Positions 25,998-32,000 of a DNA stretch of 32,000 nucleotides are shown here, one piece after another. The stretch is from Sporomusa sphaeroides DSM 2875. Its GTDB lineage: Bacteria; Bacillota; Negativicutes; Sporomusales; Sporomusaceae. Below the pieces are notes generated by a model, which saw only the letters and a program-made list of their open reading frames with translations, was not told the DNA's origin and searched no databases. Within the stretch, counting starts at the first letter, position 1. Each line of letters starts with the position of its first letter. The stretch covers positions 1,504,524-1,536,523 of the forward strand of contig NZ_CP146991.1 in assembly GCF_001941975.2 (NCBI RefSeq), given 5' to 3'. Both the position numbers and the translations under genes were made by a program.

Positions 25998-27232
25998 CTA
26001 TCCTCCCAGTTTCCTGTGTATGGGTTATAGGAGCAGTCGGCAGGGGCGGCTTGCCAGGACTTCTTTGGGTCCTGGCCTTGGGCTAACGGGCGGCAGTCGG
26101 CGCAGGCAAAGCGGTATTCGCAATCCTGACATTTGCTGATACAGTCCTTTGTGGTTTGCCAGCAGGTGGTCAGCGGTTGGCCGGTAAGTATGGCAGCAAG
26201 TGATGTGTTCAATATGTTTCCACAAACTTGATCACGGGCAAAGATGCAGGGAATGACATCGCCGGTAGACGTTATGGCCAGCCGGCCTGCTAAACAGCTA
26301 TGGAAATGCTGCGCTTTGCCAAATGTTTCAGGGTCGGTAAAGAAGGGGGGCTTAATGGCCGGTTTGCTGTAGGCTTGGGGCAGCAGTTCCAGATTATCAC
26401 CGCGTCCGGTAGGTCGGATGACATCGGGTGGCACAGGCTCAACCCCAAGGTCGGTCAAAAGTTTCACAATATTTTCTGCTTCTTGTTCATTGGCTTTCAT
26501 AATAATAGAAGCAATACGCAGCGGCAGCCCCTTGGCCAGAATTTTTTGAATGGCAGACATAGTTTTGTCAAAACTGCCGGGATGCTGGGTAACCCTATCA
26601 TGAACTGCGGAATTGTCGGCATAGATAGTGGTGGCAATGCTGACAGAATGCTGTTTAAAAAAGTCAATACAGTCATCATCCACAAGTGTGGCATTGGTAA
26701 ATATCTCAACCAATTCATAGTTTTCCTCGCGGGCCTTGATGATTAATTCTCGCCACCTTGGGTACAACAACGGTTCGCCGCCAATAAGCTGAATGCCGTA
26801 GGCGCCTGCCAGCCGGGCTTCGGTAATTAATTCAAGCCAGCGGGTATGTGGCATACAGCCTGCCGCCGTGTGCGGACTGCTGGCCGAATAGCAATGTAAG
26901 CAGCGGTTGTTGCAGGTTGATGTAAGCTCAAGCCAGATATACTCAAGTGTAGGCTGGTACGGCTGGATGGGGCATGTTCGTTTTCCGGCGGGAAGTTCGT
27001 TGTATATTGCGCCAAGCCCTTTGGTTGTCAATTTATCAAGAAATGATAAGTACCGCTTGCCGTCAACTGAGTTGACATCCATTATTTCTTCTAATGCCGA
27101 GCTTTCGCACGCCTTGAGCAGTTCTACTGCTCCCCGGTTGATAGAATACACTCGGCCTGAGGAAAAGTCGTAGATAGCACCGCGTGCTTTCCCTTCTATC
27201 AAGACACTTTCGGCTTTCAAATGGTAATACAA
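25994..27232 (-). CDS. Radical SAM/SPASM-domain peptide maturase with N-terminal RRE (PqqD-like) domain
   Basis: The radical SAM cluster motif is CNNRCLHC (CxxxCxxC) in LELTSTCNNRCLHCY. GGEPLL is also present. The SPASM signature is C-x10-G-x4-C (CLAGRLAITSTGDVIPC), then CQDCEYRFACADC, then a terminal Cys (PADCSYNPY). The first ~95 aa (…GAIYDFSSGRVYSINRGAVELLKACE…) resemble a PqqD-like peptide-recognition element. TTG start 7 nt after GGAGG. Confidence 0.9.
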   Translation of the reverse strand: MYYHLKAESVLIEGKARGAIYDFSSGRVYSINRGAVELLKACESSALEEIMDVNSVDGKRYLSFLDKLTTKGLGAIYNELPAGKRTCPIQPYQPTLEYIWLELTSTCNNRCLHCYSASSPHTAAGCMPHTRWLELITEARLAGAYGIQLIGGEPLLYPRWRELIIKAREENYELVEIFTNATLVDDDCIDFFKQHSVSIATTIYADNSAVHDRVTQHPGSFDKTMSAIQKILAKGLPLRIASIIMKANEQEAENIVKLLTDLGVEPVPPDVIRPTGRGDNLELLPQAYSKPAIKPPFFTDPETFGKAQHFHSCLAGRLAITSTGDVIPCIFARDQVCGNILNTSLAAILTGQPLTTCWQTTKDCISKCQDCEYRFACADCRPLAQGQDPKKSWQAAPADCSYNPYTGNWEDR

Positions 27233-27292
27233 CCGGACGCCTCCTTTAGCGTAGCTTTGCTTATCCTGAGTGGGCTTGTTCAGGATAATTTG

Positions 27293-27340
27293 CGGCTTGT
27301 GTTGTCACCACAGGTTTGGCACAAGCCGTGTTTTTGTGTT
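27293..27340 (+). other. Terminator-like hairpin oriented on the plus strand, just upstream of (antisense side of) the rSAM start
   Basis: 9-bp GC-rich stem cggcttgtg / cacaagccg enclosing an 18-nt loop, followed on the plus strand by tgtttttgtgttt. On the minus strand the same hairpin, together with a second 9-bp hairpin at 27261-27288 (ttatcctga / tcaggataa), would sit in the 5' UTR of the rSAM gene. Confidence 0.5.
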
Positions 27341-27456
27341 TATACATAATATGCAAGCCGATAGATAGGTGCTAGTTTCAATTGTAAAATATACAGCATG
27401 CTGCAAGCATTTTATTGGTGGGAATAGGATTGTTTAACAGAATAGATTGATTAATG

Positions 27457-27485
27457 TTGACAGATAATAATTTATGGTTTATAAT
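27457..27485 (+). promoter_or_regulatory. Consensus SigA promoter of tRNA-Gly (TTGACA-17 nt-TATAAT)
   Basis: Perfect -35 TTGACA (27457-27462), a 17-nt spacer and perfect -10 TATAAT (27480-27485), 24 nt upstream of the tRNA. Confidence 0.7.
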
Positions 27486-27508
27486 CAATTTCGTTGTTAG
27501 CACAATAT

Positions 27509-27583
27509 GCGGAAGTAGCTCAGCGGTAGAGCATCGCCTTGCCAAGGCGAGGGTCGCGAGTTCGAATCTCGTTTTCCGCTCCA
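27509..27583 (+). tRNA. tRNA-Gly (GCC)
   Basis: Acceptor GCGGAAG/TTTCCGC-type stem, D-arm TAGCTCAGCGGTAGAGCA, anticodon stem TCGCC/GGCGA with loop TTGCCAA, a T-loop GTTCGAATC, and an encoded CCA. Confidence 0.9.
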
Positions 27584-27590
27584 TACGCGC

Positions 27591-27621
27591 AAAAACCCAG
27601 CACTTTTGGCTGGGTTTTTTG
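27591..27621 (+). terminator. Rho-independent terminator after tRNA-Gly
   Basis: Stem aaaacccagc / gctgggtttt with loop acttttg, followed by tttt. Confidence 0.85.
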
Positions 27622-27703
27622 CTCATATCTTGTCTTTGATATTTACTTGTGGTATGATATTATTCATGACATTGCTGCATTTATGGATACTGGCTGGATT
27701 TTT

Positions 27704-27753
27704 TAATGGGAATACTAGAGAAACCATAAAGTTTATGTCAATAATGGGAATAC
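27704..27753 (+). repeat. Two copies of a 13-nt direct repeat taatgggaatact (27704-27716 and 27741-27753)
   Basis: Exact 13-nt match read directly from the sequence, with 37-nt periodicity, in the untranslated region between tRNA-Gly and tig. Confidence 0.6.
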
Positions 27754-27767
27754 TGTGATAATGGACT

Positions 27768-27926
27768 AGTGTTGCATTCAGTGATGTTATGAAGTATAGC
27801 TCCGAGAATTTTTGTTGTCAGGCGCGGCGGAGGAGCCGCACATATCGGACATATGTAAGGCGACGACAACAAAGCCTGGCGGCAAAAAGGCCGGTGATAT
27901 ACTTCGTGTTATCGCTGGATGCAGCA
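27768..27926 (+). ncRNA. Long (~160 nt) near-continuous hairpin; candidate structured RNA element or MITE-like inverted repeat in the tig leader
   Basis: The outer 30-position helix 27768-27797 / 27897-27926 has 23 Watson-Crick pairs, 6 G-U pairs and 1 mismatch. An inner 15-bp helix 27808-27822 / 27873-27887 has 3 more G-U pairs. The apex carries two small hairpins: gcggc-GGAGGA-gccgc at 27823-27838 and acauau-cggac-auaugu at 27839-27855. All G-U positions would be A-C mismatches on the minus strand. Confidence 0.45.
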
Positions 27927-27985
27927 CTCGGTTGACAGTGAATAAGCTGTGTCAGCAGTTAATTTAATAAGGGGGAAATACATAA

Positions 27986-29272
27986 ATGAAGGTAACAGCG
28001 GAAAGAATAGACAATCATAAAACAGTACTCAATCTTGAAGTTCCACAGGCTGAGGTGGCCAAGGCTCTGGAAAAGGCTTACCGCAAATTAGCCAACCAAG
28101 TCAACATTCCTGGTTTCCGTAAAGGCAAGGCTCCGCGCAAGGTCATTGAAATGCGTATCGGCAAAGAAGCACTTTTGGATGAAGCTTTTGAAATCCTGGC
28201 TCCTGAAGCCTATGGCAAAGCACTGGCTGAACAGGAAATAGACCCTGTTGGCCGTCCGGAAATTGAGGTTGTTACCTTAGCGGAAGATCAGCCGTTAGTA
28301 TTTAAAGCCACTGTTGTTAAAAAACCTGAAGTAACTTTGGGTCAGTATAAAGAGCTTGCCATTGAAAAAACTGTCGCAGAAGTTACTGAAGCCGACATAG
28401 ACAGTGAAATTGAGAGAAACCGCAGCCGTAATGCTAAGATGGTCGTAGTGGAAGATGCTGAACTTAAGCAGGGAGATTTAGCGATCATTGACTTTAAGGG
28501 TTTTATTGACGGTGTTCCGTTTGAAGGCGGCGAAGGCAAAAGCTACCCGCTGGAAATCGGTTCCGGCAGTTTTATCCCCGGGTTTGAAGACCAACTGGTA
28601 GGTGCTAAATCCGGTGAAGAACGCGAAGTAAAAGTATCTTTCCCGGAAGACTATTTTGTTGCTGAGCTGGCAGGGAAGGAAGCTGCCTTTACCGTAAATA
28701 TTCATGACATCAAACGCAAGGAATTGCCGGAGCTTGATGATGAATTTGCCAAAGAAACCAGTGAGTTTGATACTTTGGCGGAATTAAAAGCCGATATTAA
28801 GAATAGGTTAGAACAGGCTGCTGAAGCAAAGGCAGAACGTGAGTTCCGTACGGCAGCAATAAAAACTGCTGTTGACAATGCTTCACTTGATGTTCCCGAA
28901 GTAATGATTGAGAATCAAATTGACACCATGATTCAGGATTTTGATATCAACTTGCAGCAACGTGGTATGAAACTTGATAAATATCTTGAATATACTAAAA
29001 TGGATATGGCTGCTTTGCGCAATAACTACCGTGACTCTGCATTATATAATGTTAAAACCGACCTGGTATTGGAAGCCATTGTTAAAGCGGAGGGTCTCAC
29101 GGCCAATCCGGAAGAAATGCAGCAGGAAATTGCGTCTATGGCGGCGAATTACCAAACTACGGCCGAAGAAATTGTTAAAGTCATTCGTCAAACCGGCCGG
29201 TTCCAGGCACTGCAAGATTCAGTTTTACGTAAAAAAGCTGCCCAGCTTGTAATTGACGGCGTAGCAAAATAA
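27986..29272 (+). CDS. tig: Trigger factor (ribosome-associated PPIase chaperone)
   Basis: 428 aa with the ribosome-binding signature GFRKGKAPR, a central FKBP-type domain (FKGFIDGVPFEGGEG...GSGSFIPGFEDQLVG), and the position upstream of clpP-clpX. Confidence 0.95.
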   Translation: MKVTAERIDNHKTVLNLEVPQAEVAKALEKAYRKLANQVNIPGFRKGKAPRKVIEMRIGKEALLDEAFEILAPEAYGKALAEQEIDPVGRPEIEVVTLAEDQPLVFKATVVKKPEVTLGQYKELAIEKTVAEVTEADIDSEIERNRSRNAKMVVVEDAELKQGDLAIIDFKGFIDGVPFEGGEGKSYPLEIGSGSFIPGFEDQLVGAKSGEEREVKVSFPEDYFVAELAGKEAAFTVNIHDIKRKELPELDDEFAKETSEFDTLAELKADIKNRLEQAAEAKAEREFRTAAIKTAVDNASLDVPEVMIENQIDTMIQDFDINLQQRGMKLDKYLEYTKMDMAALRNNYRDSALYNVKTDLVLEAIVKAEGLTANPEEMQQEIASMAANYQTTAEEIVKVIRQTGRFQALQDSVLRKKAAQLVIDGVAK

Positions 29273-29297
29273 ATTTTTGAGTTTGAGGTGATTTGTC

Positions 29298-29903
29298 ATG
29301 CCTTATGTGCCAATTGTAGTAGAGCAGTCTAACCGCGGTGAGCGGGCCTATGATATTTACTCGCGGTTATTAAAGGACCGCATCGTATTTATTGGTGGAC
29401 CAATTGATGACAATGTGGCTAACCTGGTAATTGCTCAGCTGCTGTTTTTAGAATCAGAAGATCCGGATAAAGACATCCATATTTACATTAACAGTCCCGG
29501 GGGAGTGGTAACGGCTGCCCTGGCAATGTATGATACCATGCAATATGTTAAGCCGGATGTATCCACGATTTGCATAGGTCAGGCTGCCAGCGCCGGTGCG
29601 CTTCTCTTGGCTGCCGGGGCTAAAGGTAAGCGGTATGCGCTTCCTAATTCCCGGATTATGATTCATCAGCCGCTTGGCGGTGCCCAAGGGCAGGCCACCG
29701 ACATTGAAATTCATGCCCGGGAAATACTTCGCATGCGTGAACATTTAAACGAAATTCTTGTTCACCATACCGGTCAATCTATGGAAAAAATCCAGAACGA
29801 TACCGAACGGGATTTCTTCATGTCCAGTGAGCAGGCGAAAGAATACGGCCTTATTGACGCAGTAGTAGTGCGGGGTGACAGACACAAGGAGACTCCCAAG
29901 TAG
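29298..29903 (+). CDS. clpP: ATP-dependent Clp protease proteolytic subunit ClpP
   Basis: [34 protein letters not shown]. The catalytic Ser is in [11 protein letters not shown] and the catalytic His in MIHQPLGG. Length 201 aa. Confidence 0.95.
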   Translation: MPYVPIVVEQSNRGERAYDIYSRLLKDRIVFIGGPIDDNVANLVIAQLLFLESEDPDKDIHIYINSPGGVVTAALAMYDTMQYVKPDVSTICIGQAASAGALLLAAGAKGKRYALPNSRIMIHQPLGGAQGQATDIEIHAREILRMREHLNEILVHHTGQSMEKIQNDTERDFFMSSEQAKEYGLIDAVVVRGDRHKETPK

Positions 29904-29915
29904 AGAGGTGGTAAT

Positions 29916-31178
29916 ATGTTGAAATTTGGGGATGACAGGGGTCAACTAAAATGTTCCTTTTGCGGCAAACTGCAGGAACAAGTAAAAAAGCTTGTTGCCG
30001 GGCCAGGTGTATATATATGTGATGAATGTATCGAACTTTGCAATGAAATCATTGAGGAAGAACTGAGTGAAGATTTGGATGTCGAACTCAGAGATGTTCC
30101 TAAGCCCAAAGAAATAAATGATATTCTTGATCAGTATGTCATTGGTCAGGAAGAAGCAAAGAAGTCACTGGCCGTAGCCGTGTACAATCATTATAAACGA
30201 ATTAACCTTGGCGCAAAAATGGATGATGTCGAATTGCAAAAGTCCAACATCATCATGCTTGGGCCGACCGGCAGCGGCAAGACGCTGCTGGCGCAAACCC
30301 TGGCCAAGATTCTTAATGTTCCCTTTGCTGTAGCTGACGCTACCTCATTGACGGAAGCCGGTTATGTGGGCGAGGATGTCGAGAACATTCTCTTAAAACT
30401 TATTCAGGCAGCCGATTATGATGTTGAAAAGGCCGAAAAGGGCATTGTTTATATTGATGAAATTGATAAAATTGCCCGCAAATCAGAAAACCCCTCAATC
30501 ACCCGTGATGTTTCCGGTGAGGGAGTGCAGCAAGCTCTCCTGAAAATTCTTGAAGGTACGGTGGCCAGTGTACCGCCGCAAGGTGGACGCAAACATCCTC
30601 ATCAGGAATTCATTCAAATTGACACTACAAATATTCTTTTTATCTGCGGCGGTGCCTTTGACGGCATTGACAAGATCATTAGTTCCAGAACAGGCAAAAA
30701 GTCTATGGGCTTTGGTGCCGAAGTCCGCAGCAAAGAGAAAAAGCAATTGGGTGAAATGCTCAAGAGCATTCTGCCTGAAGATCTCCTCAAATTTGGATTA
30801 ATTCCTGAATTTGTTGGACGTCTTCCGGTGATTGTTACCTTGGATGCATTGGATGAAGCTGCTCTTGTACGCATTCTGATTGAGCCAAAGAATGCGCTTG
30901 TTAAGCAATATCAAAAATTCCTGGAAATTGATAATGTCCAGCTTGAATTTAAAGAAGATGCGCTAAGTGCTATTGCTGCTGAAGCTTTAAAACGCAATAC
31001 CGGGGCACGGGGACTTAGAGCGATCATTGAAGGTATTATGCGGAATGTGATGTATGATATTCCGTCACGTACCGATATTGCCAAATGCATTGTCACCAAA
31101 GAGGTTATTTTGAATAAAGAAGAACCGATACTGGTGGCTGCCGAACGCAAAACAAAGAAAAAAGAAGAATCTGCTTAA
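29916..31178 (+). CDS. clpX: ATP-dependent Clp protease ATP-binding subunit ClpX
   Basis: N-terminal zinc-binding domain CSFCGK...CDECIELC, Walker [13 protein letters not shown], Walker B VYIDEIDK, and the pore-loop GYVG. Confidence 0.95.
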   Translation: MLKFGDDRGQLKCSFCGKLQEQVKKLVAGPGVYICDECIELCNEIIEEELSEDLDVELRDVPKPKEINDILDQYVIGQEEAKKSLAVAVYNHYKRINLGAKMDDVELQKSNIIMLGPTGSGKTLLAQTLAKILNVPFAVADATSLTEAGYVGEDVENILLKLIQAADYDVEKAEKGIVYIDEIDKIARKSENPSITRDVSGEGVQQALLKILEGTVASVPPQGGRKHPHQEFIQIDTTNILFICGGAFDGIDKIISSRTGKKSMGFGAEVRSKEKKQLGEMLKSILPEDLLKFGLIPEFVGRLPVIVTLDALDEAALVRILIEPKNALVKQYQKFLEIDNVQLEFKEDALSAIAAEALKRNTGARGLRAIIEGIMRNVMYDIPSRTDIAKCIVTKEVILNKEEPILVAAERKTKKKEESA

Positions 31179-31183
31179 CCGAT

Positions 31184-31210
31184 AAAAGGAGCCTAAGGCT
31201 CCTTTTTTTT
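31184..31210 (+). terminator. Rho-independent terminator after clpX
   Basis: Stem aaaaggagcc / ggctcctttt with loop taa, followed by a T-run. Confidence 0.85.
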
Positions 31211-31331
31211 ACATATTCAGCTTTGCTTGCCGGGTTTTGCCAGGATAAAATAGTGTACATTGCCTATACTAGACTCATGATAAAGCTACAAGACTTAAAA
31301 ATTTTGCCCGGGGAAGGAGGTTCATTGAATT

Positions 31332-32000
31332 TTGGATTATGCTGTCAATCTTATTACTGTCATTCAACTGTTTTTTGCCGTGGTTATTGGGCTCTATTTC
31401 TGGAACCTGCTTAAATCACAGCAAGGAAACAAGATAGCCGTAGAGCGCGAATCCAGAAAAGAAATGGACAAACTGCAAAAAATGCGGGAGATATCCTTAA
31501 CCGAACCACTAGCGGAAAAAACCCGGCCAACCGACTTTTCGGAAATCGTTGGCCAGGAAGAAGGCCTGAAAGCCCTTCGGGCTGCCTTATGTGGCGCCAA
31601 CCCACAGCATGTATTGATCTATGGTCCGCCAGGTGTGGGTAAAACGGCGGCCGCGCGGTTAGTTCTCAACGAAGCCAGGCGAAATAGTTATTCGCCCTTT
31701 AATGTTGCGGCTAAGTTTATCGAGCTTGATGCCACAACAGCCAGATTTGACGAGCGGGGTATTGCAGACCCGCTTATTGGCACCGTACATGACCCTATTT
31801 ATCAAGGCGCTGGTCAGTTAGGGATGGCCGGCATTCCTCAGCCAAAAGCCGGAGCCGTAACCAAAGCTCATGGCGGCGTATTGTTTATTGATGAAATTGG
31901 CGAGCTTCATCATATCCAGATGAATAAATTACTAAAGGTATTGGAAGACCGTAAAGTTTTCCTGGACAGCTCCTATTATAATAGTGAGGACGGCAACATA
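31332..32000 (+). CDS. lonB: LonB-type ATP-dependent protease (sporulation-associated Lon paralogue), partial; continues beyond the window
   Basis: Hand translation from TTG 31332 gives MDYAVNLITVIQLFFAVVIGLYFWNLLKSQQGNK...EPLAEKTRPTDFSEIVGQEEGLKALRAALCGANPQHVLIYGPPGVGKTAAARLVL...DATTARFDERGIADPLIG...GGVLFIDEIGEL. This is collinear with remembered B. subtilis LonB, including the N-terminal TM helix. The frame is open to position 32000. It is absent from the track because no stop codon lies in the window. Confidence 0.85.
   Translation, partial: MDYAVNLITVIQLFFAVVIGLYFWNLLKSQQGNKIAVERESRKEMDKLQKMREISLTEPLAEKTRPTDFSEIVGQEEGLKALRAALCGANPQHVLIYGPPGVGKTAAARLVLNEARRNSYSPFNVAAKFIELDATTARFDERGIADPLIGTVHDPIYQGAGQLGMAGIPQPKAGAVTKAHGGVLFIDEIGELHHIQMNKLLKVLEDRKVFLDSSYYNSEDGNI

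Noticed and set aside
25664-26139. Plus-strand ORFs 25664-26086, 25764-26030 and 25888-26139, and minus-strand ORF 25699-25881, overlap the peptide and rSAM genes.
   Set aside because: They are mirror or alternate-frame artefacts of the repetitive GC-rich coding repeat. They have no RBS and low-complexity translations (for example IVADCTVMVCTALGCIAMACIVA), and they are incompatible with the well-supported minus-strand genes.
27378-27639. Track ORFs 27378-27626 (minus) and 27454-27639 (plus).
   Set aside because: Both span tRNA-Gly, its consensus promoter and its terminator, so they are spurious.
27811-27871. GUCAGGCGCGGCGGAGGAGCCGC...AAGGCGAC inside the long hairpin superficially resembles the SRP RNA helix 8 region (GUCAGGUCCGGAAGGAAGCAGCCAAGGCAG).
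   Set aside because: The highly conserved GGAA tetraloop context and the AGCAGCC segment are absent. The apex instead forms two unrelated small hairpins.

Overview
This is a chromosomal window that looks like it comes from a sporulating, diderm Firmicute (Negativicutes/Sporomusaceae-like). That placement is inference only, from Firmicute-type tig-clpP-clpX-lonB synteny combined with an outer-membrane PgaA-type porin. Most of the window is ordinary. It holds a TetR regulator (partial), an AbrB-type membrane protein, fused CitXG, ZupT, a YbiT-like ABC-F ATPase, a GNAT, Fpg/MutM, a PNPOx-like flavoprotein, a class II aldolase, a DUF815 ATPase, GalE, HrpB, five tRNAs (His-Gln-Lys-Leu cluster plus Gly), and tig-clpP-clpX-lonB (lonB partial). 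Three things stand out. (1) At 25593-27232 on the minus strand, a radical SAM/SPASM enzyme with an N-terminal RRE-like domain is translationally coupled by an ATGA overlap to a 134-aa peptide. That peptide has a strongly acidic 35-aa leader and a ~100-aa arginine-rich core carrying 18 cysteines, every one in a C-x-P context and mostly in a strict 5-residue CxPxQ repeat. This looks like an uncharacterised ranthipeptide-like RiPP system and is the best candidate for the novel system. (2) A class I c-di-GMP (GEMM-I) riboswitch with an overlapping intrinsic terminator sits in front of a complete pgaABCD-like PNAG exopolysaccharide operon. (3) A ~160-nt near-continuous hairpin lies between tRNA-Gly and tig, and its non-Watson-Crick positions are G-U-compatible only on the plus strand. 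Several ORF-track start codons were revised (pgaA, pgaD, mutM, hrpB, the TfoX_C gene and the DUF815 gene). Two edge-truncated genes missing from the track were added (TetR at the 5' edge, lonB at the 3' edge).
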